DNA from: Verrucomicrobiota bacterium
Lineage (GTDB): Bacteria; Verrucomicrobiota; Verrucomicrobiia; Limisphaerales; CANJXF01
Direction: 5' to 3'
Length of the DNA: 64,000 bases
Assembly (NCBI GenBank): GCA_038214755.1
Contig: JBBQRQ010000010.1
Location: 1 to 64,000 of the forward strand
Part shown: positions 43,508-53,051 of the stretch, one piece after another
Layout: each line of letters opens with the position of its first letter
How positions within the stretch are numbered: the first letter of the stretch is position 1
The notes under the pieces: model-generated
Told to the model about the DNA's origin: nothing
Databases searched by the model: none
The model's input: the letters and a program-made list of their open reading frames with translations, nothing else
Program-made: the position numbers and the translations under genes

Positions 43508-45608
43508 TTACGGCTTGCTCCCAAAAACCCGGTAGAACTGCGCGTCCGACGCGTCGGGCGTGATCTCGAGATCGATATGGCCCGTCACCGCATTGTAGGT
43601 CGGGGTGAAGCCGAGCAACGGCATCCAGGTGCTCAGGTTCGGGGACTTCTCCACGCTAATGTCGAGGTGGAAGTGGCCGCTGCTAGGATCCCTCGCCAGC
43701 ACCGGGCGGCCGAGCGCGAGGGTCTGGAGGTCGCTCGCGGTGTAAAGCCCGAAACCCCGGCCGTTGTTGCGCAGCAGCGTAACCATCGCCGTATTGTCCA
43801 CCAGCGGATTGAATCCGAACGATGCCAGGTTCACCTCTGCCTGATTGGTGATGCCATCGCCATCGTCATCCGCATTCGGGTCGAGAGCGCGTCCGGAGAG
43901 ATTGATGTCGAAGGGATTCTCGTCGGCGTCATTGTTGGCCATGTGTAGCGCGGCCGTCTTTATTGTCGCCGCGACGGTCGGGGCAAAGCGCACCGTGAAC
44001 GTGGTGCTGCCATTCGGGGCCACGGGAGCGATCGGAGCGGCGGTGACGGTGAAGTCGCTCGCGTTCGTGCCGTCAATGGTGATCGTCAGCCCGGTGAGGT
44101 CGGCACTGCCGGTGTTTAGGATGGTGAAAATCAGGCTGGCATTCCCGCCGGCGAGCACGGCCCCGAAAACCTTTGTGCCGCCATCCGAGAGGTTCGTGCC
44201 GGCCGGCTGCTCGACGGCAATCTCGGGGGCGAGGGTGAACGCCGTCACCGTCTCCACTCGTCCGGAGGAAGCGTTGTTGTAGCCGCCGGTGGTGCGGGCG
44301 CGGGCGCGAAGCTGGCCGCTGTCTGGAAGGCTCACGCCATCCAGTTCCCAGCCGCCGGCGATGCGCGTGCCGGCGCCGAGCGGAGTCCAGACGCTGCCGC
44401 CATCGGTGGAAAGTTCGAAGCTCACTTGCTCGACCTCCGGCGACGCGCCGCCGCGCAGCCACCGCACGGCGGTAGCGCTGAACGGGGTGAGGCTTTGCGT
44501 GGCGGGGTCGTTCTCCAGCCGCGCGATGGCACCGCGCGTCACGCCGCCCACATAGCTGAAGATCCCGCCGATGACGATCTTCCCATCTGCCTGGACCGCG
44601 ATGCCCTCAACGGTGCTGTCCGCATCGGGATTGAATCCTGTGTCCAGCGTGCCGTCGGCATTGAGCCGCGCGATGTAGTTGCGCGTCGTTCCGCCCACGG
44701 CGGCGAAGTTCCCCCCGACGACAATTTTCCCATCCGTCTGCACCGCCGTGCTATAAACCACGCTGCCATTCAAATCGGCATTGAAGCCCACGTCCACCGT
44801 CCCGTCGGCCTGGAGCCGCACGATGCGGTTGCGCGCCGACACGCCGATGGCGGTGAAGCCACCCGCGACGAGGATCTTCCCATCCGCCTGCACCGCCGCG
44901 CTGATAACGGTGCCGTTCGCATTGGGATTGAAGCCCATGTCCAGCGTGCCGTCGGCGTTGAGCCGCGCGATGCGGTTGCGCGCCACTCCGCCCACGACGG
45001 TGAAGGCACCTCCGATGACGATCTTCCCATCCGCCTGCACCGCCATGCTGTAAACGGTGCCGTTCACGTTGGGATTAAAGCCGTCCAGCGTGCCAGAGGC
45101 ATTGAGCCGCGCGACGCGGTTGCGCGCCACCCCGATGCCCACGGTGGTGAATGAGCCCCCAATGAGAATTTTTCCAATCCGCCTGCACCGTCGCGATATT
45201 GACCGTGCTGTTCGCATTGGGATTGAACCCCGGGTCCAGGGTGCCGTTGGCATTGAGCCGCGCGATGCGGTTGCGCGTCACTCCATCCAAGGTGGTGAAA
45301 AGACCCCCGAGGAGGATCTTCCCATCCACCTGCACCGCCGCGCTGTAAAGCAGGTTGACGTTCGGCGCCGGGGGATTGAAGCCCGCGTCCAGGGTGCCGT
45401 TGGCATTGATCCGCGCGACGGAGTTGCCGGAGAGGTAGGTGATGACAATTTTCCCATCCGCCTGCAGGGCCGTGCCGAAAACCTCGCCGCCCAACCCGGG
45501 ATCAAACCCCGGGTCCACATCCCCCGGCGCGGCGGCCGCCGGGTGAGTGAAGGCGACGGCGAGCGCGGCGCAGAGGAAAGTGGCGAGCAGACGGGTCTTT
45601 GTTTTCAT
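43508..45608 (-). pseudogene. Secreted delta-60 repeat beta-propeller protein with choice-of-anchor-D/Hydin-like domain; single frameshift
   Basis: Signal peptide MKTKTRLLATFLCAALAVAF; tandem VQADGKIVIGG...RLNADGTLD.GFNP repeats; PEIAVEQP...FTILNTG domain. An extra T near 45177 (GAT T GGA) splits the ORF. Visibly GC-richer than its flanks. Confidence 0.85.
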
Positions 45609-45769
45609 GAGAACAGAGTTATTCGACCGCGAACCTACACGCGCCGCGCGCCGCCGTCGAACTCTCTCTTTCCGCACAGAAAATTCCATCTAGACGTTTC
45701 AAATGGGAACGAGATTACAAAGCCGCCGCGCTCGTCACGGAGCGAGAAGTTCGCATAACCGAGTGCCAA

Positions 45770-47769
<2,000 letters not shown>

Positions 47770-47825
47770 TCAATGAGAGTATTCCGAGGACGGAAAGTTT
47801 TACCAGATGAACGCGTGCGCAAAAG

Positions 47826-47911
47826 TGGTGGTAGGTGATGGATTCGAACCATCGAAGACGTAAGTCAGCAGATTTACAGTCTGCCCCCGTTGGCCACTTG
47901 GGTAACCTACC
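47826..47911 (-). tRNA. tRNA-Tyr (GTA)
   Basis: GGTAGGT acceptor stem, GCAGA-CTGTAAA-TCTGC anticodon arm, long variable arm, GGTTCGAATCC T loop, encoded CCA; 86 nt. Confidence 0.96.
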
Positions 47912-47989
47912 TTGCAAGGAGCGCGGATTAAGCCAAACCCAATCGCTCCACTCAAGTTCAAACTTCGCCGCGCGCCTGCCGTTTTCAAA

Positions 47990-48064
47990 TTCGATGTTCA
48001 GCGTTCGATGTTGGATGTTCGACGTTCTCCAACTTTGAACTTTGAACTTCGAACTTTAAACTTT
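47990..48064. repeat. Two adjacent heptamer arrays (TTCGATG type, AACTTTG type) upstream of ffh
   Basis: ttcgatg-ttcagcg-ttcgatg-ttggatg-ttcgacg ... aactttg-aactttg-aacttcg-aacttta. Confidence 0.82.
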
Positions 48065-48075
48065 AATTTCGATTC

Positions 48076-49419
48076 ATGTTCGATTCTCTCAGCGAAAAAC
48101 TGCAAAACGCTTTCAAAAATCTGCGCGGCCTCGGAAAAATTTCCGAAACCAACGTCGCCGATTCTCTCCGCGAAGTCCGCATGGCTCTGCTCGACGCGGA
48201 CGTGAATTTCAAAGTCGCCCGCGATTTCATCGAGCGCGTCAAAGAAAAATCGTTGGGCGCGGAAGTCGTGCAAAGCATCCAGCCCGGTCAGCAAATCATC
48301 AAAATTATTCACGACGAATTGGTCGATCTGCTCGGCTCGACCAATCAATCCCTCAACCTTTCCGGCAATCCCGCTTGCGTGATGATGGTCGGTTTGCACG
48401 GCTCTGGAAAAACCACGTCGAGCGGAAAACTGGCGCGTCTTTTGCACAAACAGGCGCGCGCGCCGTTGCTCGTGGCGGCTGATGTTTATCGCCCGGCCGC
48501 GATGGATCAACTCGCGACGCTCGGTCAACAAATTGATTTGCCGGTGTTCGTGATGCGCGGCGAAACCGACGTTTTGAAAATCGCGCGCAACGCTTTTGAT
48601 TTTGCCCGACAAAATAATCGCAACACGTTGATCTTCGACACGGCGGGTCGTTTGCAAATCGACGAGCCGCTCGTGCAGGAATTGGTTCGCCTCCGCGATT
48701 TGATCAAGCCGCAGGAAATTCTTCTCGTGCTCGATGCCGCGACCGGACAAGAGGCGGTGAATGTCGCTTCGCATTTTGACAAAGCGTTAAACATCACCGG
48801 CGCAATTTTGACGAAACTCGACGGCGATGCGCGCGGCGGCGCGGCGTTGAGTTTGAAAGCAGTCACGGGCAAGCCGATCAAGTTCATGGGCGTCGGCGAA
48901 AAGTTGGAAGATTTTGAGCCGTTTCATCCCGAGCGAATGGCGTCGCGCATTCTGGGCATGGGCGATGTCGTCAGTCTCGTCGAGCGCGCCGCCGAAGCGG
49001 TCAATGTCGAGGACGCCCAGCGCATGGAAGAAAAAATGCGCAAAGGTCAGTTCACGCTGGAGGATTTCTTGGAACAGCTTCGCCAGATGAAAAAACTCGG
49101 CTCGCTCGAAAGCGTGGTGGGAATGTTGCCGGGCGGCTCGGAGATGTTGAAAGGCGCGGACCTGGGCAAACAGGAGAAGGAATTCAAACGTATGGAAGGA
49201 ATGATTTGCGCAATGACTTTTCAAGAGCGACGAACCCCGGCCCTTCTCAACGCGAAAAGGCGGATACGAATCGCGAAGGGCAGCGGCGTGCAAGTTTCTG
49301 AATTGAACAACTTGCTGAATAAATTTTCGCAGATGCAACAGATGATGAAAAAAATGGGCAAGTTTCAAAAGATGATGACGAAGATGGGCGGCGTGATGCC
49401 GGGGATGTTGCGGCGATGA
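48076..49419 (+). CDS. ffh: Signal recognition particle protein
   Basis: GLHGSGKTT, DVYRPAA, DTAGRL, TKLDGDARGG, RILGMGD, Met-rich M domain. Confidence 0.98.
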   Translation: MFDSLSEKLQNAFKNLRGLGKISETNVADSLREVRMALLDADVNFKVARDFIERVKEKSLGAEVVQSIQPGQQIIKIIHDELVDLLGSTNQSLNLSGNPACVMMVGLHGSGKTTSSGKLARLLHKQARAPLLVAADVYRPAAMDQLATLGQQIDLPVFVMRGETDVLKIARNAFDFARQNNRNTLIFDTAGRLQIDEPLVQELVRLRDLIKPQEILLVLDAATGQEAVNVASHFDKALNITGAILTKLDGDARGGAALSLKAVTGKPIKFMGVGEKLEDFEPFHPERMASRILGMGDVVSLVERAAEAVNVEDAQRMEEKMRKGQFTLEDFLEQLRQMKKLGSLESVVGMLPGGSEMLKGADLGKQEKEFKRMEGMICAMTFQERRTPALLNAKRRIRIAKGSGVQVSELNNLLNKFSQMQQMMKKMGKFQKMMTKMGGVMPGMLRR

Positions 49420-49462
49420 GCGACTTCTTGCCAGCGAATATCCGTTGACCTAAAATTCGCGC

Positions 49463-49681
49463 ATGAAAGAGATCATTTTCGAGGTTTCCGAGGATGAAGT
49501 GGATGGAGGTTACGTGGCGGTAGCCTTAGGTCACGCCATAGCGACTCAAGGTGAGACTTTGCCTGAACTTCGCCACATGGTTCGTGACGCGGTGAATTGC
49601 CATTTCGGAGACGGAGAAGTTGGCGAAGCTCCTTCTATTATCCGGCTTCATTTCGTGCGTGATGAAGTGCTTACTCCATGA
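49463..49681 (+). CDS. HicB-like antitoxin (short form)
   Basis: DGGYVAVA...TQGETLPEL...VRDAVNCHF; overlaps hicA by ATGA. Confidence 0.78.
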   Translation: MKEIIFEVSEDEVDGGYVAVALGHAIATQGETLPELRHMVRDAVNCHFGDGEVGEAPSIIRLHFVRDEVLTP

Positions 49682-49923
49682 AAATCCCACGGGATGTTCA
49701 CGCTTCCGAGCTTATCAAGTCGTTGCGTGTTTTAGGTTATCAATTTGTCCGTCAAGACGGCTCCCACATTCGTCTGACCACACAATTAAATGGGAAACAT
49801 CACGTTACTATCCCAAACCATAAAACGCTTAAAACAGGCACGCTTACGAGAGGTGTTTTGAAACCGGTGGCGGCTCATCACAAACTGACCTTGGAAGAAC
49901 TTCTCGAAAAGCTGGATCTGTAA
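49678..49923 (+). CDS. HicA-family toxin
   Basis: ELIKSL..LGYQFVRQDGSHIRL...HVTIPNH..LKTGTL. Confidence 0.9.
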   Translation: MKIPRDVHASELIKSLRVLGYQFVRQDGSHIRLTTQLNGKHHVTIPNHKTLKTGTLTRGVLKPVAAHHKLTLEELLEKLDL

Positions 49924-49937
49924 TCTGAACTGGAAAA

Positions 49938-50354
49938 TTATTTCTTAATCCGCGATGGCTTGAACGGATAAAATTCTACTTTGCAAAAGCGTGAGTCACG
50001 AATCGCGGCATCACAAGTTATCAACGTCAGATGGAACGCCCGCGCTGTCGCGGCAATAACGCGGTCAAAGGGATCGCCCGGAAAATTAGACGGTAGTTCA
50101 TTTGTCAAAGCCGCGATCTCAGGAGTCATTTCGATCAACTCCATGTCCGAAGCGAGGCCGAGCTTGAAAAATTCAGCCAACGTTCCGTCCAATTTCAAAC
50201 GTCCTCGGCGATGATGGATCGCGCATTCCAAGAGGCTGACAGGGCATAACCCTTTTTTCTCGTCGCTATCCAGAAGTTGTTGAATTCGTGAAGGAATAAC
50301 CTCCGGCAACAAAACGTTGTTTGCCCACGGCGAAGTATCCAGCAGATAGCGCAC
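49938..50354 (-). CDS. PIN-domain VapC-like toxin
   Basis: YLLDTS...SLLE...GDPFDRVIAATA...LITCD. Confidence 0.9.
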   Translation of the reverse strand: MRYLLDTSPWANNVLLPEVIPSRIQQLLDSDEKKGLCPVSLLECAIHHRRGRLKLDGTLAEFFKLGLASDMELIEMTPEIAALTNELPSNFPGDPFDRVIAATARAFHLTLITCDAAIRDSRFCKVEFYPFKPSRIKK

Positions 50355-50573
50355 TTACATTATCCCTTTCCATTCTGATTTTTCAACGGGCGCCGGCGAC
50401 AGAGCGATTCCTTTCGACATCTTTTTCCCAGCGCCGACGTGTCGCGAAGATTTTTCCATTTTGAAAATGTATCTCCGGCCTTCCCGATCCACTAATCGAA
50501 CCGCTGTGCCGGTCGCGGCTTGGCGCTTGAAATGGGAGAACCGTTTGATGAAATCGCGAGTGATAACGCTCAT
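50355..50573 (-). CDS. Putative antitoxin upstream of the PIN toxin
   Basis: Small basic ORF (MSVITRDFIKRFSHFKRQA...) directly abutting vapC, with a promoter just upstream. Confidence 0.65.
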   Translation of the reverse strand: MSVITRDFIKRFSHFKRQAATGTAVRLVDREGRRYIFKMEKSSRHVGAGKKMSKGIALSPAPVEKSEWKGIM

Positions 50574-50608
50574 GTCAGGCATTATGTATGACAAAAAATT
50601 TCTGTCAA
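50574..50608 (-). promoter_or_regulatory. Sigma70-like promoter with overlapping inverted repeats (likely TA autoregulatory operator)
   Basis: TTGACA-N16-CATAAT, 7 nt before ATG; TGACA-N9-TGTCA and TGTCA-N11-TGACA inverted repeats overlap it. Confidence 0.6.
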
Positions 50609-50694
50609 CGAAAGCTAAAGCAGAATCGTTCGCGCGCCCGGAATGCGGACGCGCTCCTTTCGCGAATGTCGATGCTTGGTCCTCTACCCGCACT

Positions 50695-51948
50695 TCATGG
50701 AATCGGAATCGGGCCGGGCAAGACGCGGTAAAATTTCGTGGACAGCGATGCGGGCTGGGAGTCATACCAAATCACCGTCGGCATGTTTAGCGTGAGATTC
50801 GTCACGCCTATCCAACTGTTGGTGTTGGATAAGTCCAGGGTTGTTTGGATGCCGTAGGTTTGGCCCACGACGCCGTCAATCGTCACGCCCGGATAGAGCG
50901 CGATGGAAACACCCGCAGGATTCACAGTGAGAATCGCAGGGTTACTCGTAATGCTACCAGATGAATTAACCACCACTACTGCATAACGTCCGGCGTTTGT
51001 GAATTGGAGATTGGTAAGAACAAGAGTCGTATTCGTCGCGCCGAAAATTTGGTTCGTGCCAAAGAACCATTGATAACTCAGTGGCGCGGTTCCTGTCGCA
51101 AGCACGCCAAATGATGCGCTCTTTCCCCAATAACCAACCTGACTTTGAGGTTGGTTAATGATTCGTGGACTGGCACACATTCCGGCATTCCCAGCCGCAT
51201 AAATTGCTGAAATCTCGCTTGAAGTAAGCGCGCGGTTAAAGATAGAGACCTCGTCAATTTTTCCAGCAAAAAAACCATCTAAAACAACAACATTGCCATC
51301 ATCAAGATCAAGACGTGCTCCAATTTGCACAGACGAATCATCTTGAGCATAAGAGCCGGAGTATTGGTTTGGATCTTGAATACCGTTAATGAAAAGTTTG
51401 GCTATGGATCCATCATAGGTTCCTGTGACAAAGTACCATTGGTTGGTACTCAGGACGGTGGCTGACTCCACATAGGGCCAACTCGATCCGTTTGGAATAT
51501 GCAAATGAAGACGACCATTCGATTCCACGCGAAATTCAAAATTCATGTAGTAATGACCGGGCACATTATGAATTTTCGTAATAATTGCTGAGAATCCATT
51601 AGTTGTGTTGTATGACGTCAAATAAATCCAAGCGCTGAGGGTGAATTGAGTCGGATTGATACCACTGCCAACACTGACATATCCATTTGTTCCATTCAGG
51701 TTAAACGACGTGCCAACTTCTCCCGCTGCGTACGAAACGCCGCCAGCCAACGTCCCATTGTTTGTTCCGGCATTATCAAGAGCGTTCCCATCAGCCAACC
51801 ACCAATGCCACAAACCTGACGGTGGTGGTAAACAGTCCGCTGTCGCGTTTTGCGGGCCAGTGACAAGACTGGCGAGGCTCAAGATAGTTGCCAGGACGCC
51901 CGACCAAATGCCGATTCCATTCTTTTTTATGATTGAATTGATTTTCAT
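50695..51948 (-). CDS. Secreted LamG-domain plus immunoglobulin-domain protein
   Basis: Signal peptide, CLPPPSGLWHWW.ADGNA, WYFVTGTYDG..LFING, GKIDEVSIFNRAL, Ig QPQSQ..LSYQW..AGRY, C-terminal FYRV tail. Confidence 0.88.
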   Translation of the reverse strand: MKINSIIKKNGIGIWSGVLATILSLASLVTGPQNATADCLPPPSGLWHWWLADGNALDNAGTNNGTLAGGVSYAAGEVGTSFNLNGTNGYVSVGSGINPTQFTLSAWIYLTSYNTTNGFSAIITKIHNVPGHYYMNFEFRVESNGRLHLHIPNGSSWPYVESATVLSTNQWYFVTGTYDGSIAKLFINGIQDPNQYSGSYAQDDSSVQIGARLDLDDGNVVVLDGFFAGKIDEVSIFNRALTSSEISAIYAAGNAGMCASPRIINQPQSQVGYWGKSASFGVLATGTAPLSYQWFFGTNQIFGATNTTLVLTNLQFTNAGRYAVVVVNSSGSITSNPAILTVNPAGVSIALYPGVTIDGVVGQTYGIQTTLDLSNTNSWIGVTNLTLNMPTVIWYDSQPASLSTKFYRVLPGPIPIP

Positions 51949-52003
51949 GATTTTACTTCGCTGTTGTTTTGTTGCTCCATGCGAAACTTGCGGATTGCGG
52001 AAT

Positions 52004-52246
52004 AAAAAAGGGCGCGAACTTGTCGCACCCTCATCGGAGGCACCGCGAAGCGCCTGGAGAAAGAATGCTCCAAGCCGCGCCGGGTGGCACGTGCTTGGGC
52101 AGGGTCTTTCTCCGTAAAATTCGCGGTTTTCCGATGAGACCGTAGCCGAGCTACGCAAAATGGTTTTCTGTTTTTGGTTTACATAGGTTCGTTTGCCCGC
52201 ACTTCGCGGACGTTTTGACCTTCGTGAAATGTGTCGGTCGTGTCAA
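52004..52246 (-). promoter_or_regulatory. Structured 5' leader: candidate promoter, four-stem hairpin and intrinsic terminator
   Basis: TTGACA-N17-GAAGGT (52246-52218); nested stems over 52030-52138; terminator-like agggtgcga/tcgcgccct plus U6 (52031-52004). Confidence 0.6.
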
Positions 52247-52368
52247 GCAGGCAGGCAGGAATTTTGATTCGGCCTTTAGAAAAGGGGGCGCTTTCCATCA
52301 AAAGGCGAAGATTGGCGTATTCGCGGGACGAAAGGAATACCGGGGATGCGTCGCCGGTAAAATTTGAT

Positions 52369-52851
52369 TCACCCGTTTTGTTCCCTAAGAATCGCTTCGA
52401 GTTCGGCCAGCGCATCCAAATCCTTTGGGCGACCGGCGGCGCGCTTCAGTCTGATGAGTGTCGGTAAATCCACACACTTGAATTTTACGTGGAAAGCTTC
52501 CAAATCAAAACTGTGTGCGATCAACTCACGGTAAGTGCCGCCGCCAATTACCTCGCCCAATAAATCCAAATCGCCCAGCTCAGTCGTCAGCGTGAAATTC
52601 AATCCGTTACGAATCGTTCGTTCGTCAAATGTGAACGGCAATCCAGGCGGCGCGCCGCGCAAGTAAGGTTTGAAGGGTTGCAGTGCTTGCACGAGACGTT
52701 TGTGATTCACTGAGTTGCGCGCGTAAATCACGTCCACGTCGTAGGTCACGCGCGCGGAGCCGTGAATGATTCCCGCCACGCCACCAATCAGAATAAATTC
52801 GACTCCTCCTTGGACGAGAACCGGCAATAGCTTATCAAACTCAGCGCTCAT
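52369..52851 (-). CDS. Nucleotidyltransferase-fold protein
   Basis: EFILIGGVA..HGSARVTYDVD...GDLDLL...LIRLKRAAGRPKDLD. Confidence 0.8.
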   Translation of the reverse strand: MSAEFDKLLPVLVQGGVEFILIGGVAGIIHGSARVTYDVDVIYARNSVNHKRLVQALQPFKPYLRGAPPGLPFTFDERTIRNGLNFTLTTELGDLDLLGEVIGGGTYRELIAHSFDLEAFHVKFKCVDLPTLIRLKRAAGRPKDLDALAELEAILREQNG

Positions 52852-53021
52852 TGCTTGGCGCGGAATTTTTCTCCGGCACTTTTCAATGTCGCGGTGAAGC
52901 GAGAGAAGCGAACAAATTTTTCCAAACGTTGTCCCGGCGTGAGCTTCAAGTTTTCCCGCAGCAATGTGCGGTCAACATCGCGCAAATAAAATTCCACCAC
53001 GGGATCGGTCTTTGGTTTCAT
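52848..53021 (-). CDS. Small 57-aa protein translationally coupled to the nucleotidyltransferase (not in ORF track)
   Basis: MKPKTDPVVEFYLRDVDRTLLRENLKLTPGQRLEKFVRFSRFTATLKSAGEKFRAKQ*; TGA overlaps the next ATG. Confidence 0.7.
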   Translation of the reverse strand: MKPKTDPVVEFYLRDVDRTLLRENLKLTPGQRLEKFVRFSRFTATLKSAGEKFRAKQ

Positions 53022-53051
53022 CAAGGGCGATAAACTAGCAGGTTGATTTTT

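Noticed and set aside
44500..45500. Diversity-generating retroelement template/variable repeat pair
   Set aside because: The repeats are ordinary delta-60 propeller blades, differences are not adenine-specific by eye, and no reverse transcriptase is present.
47826..47911. tRNA-Tyr as an integration site
   Set aside because: No integrase and no duplicated tRNA 3' end noticed; both flanks are housekeeping genes.
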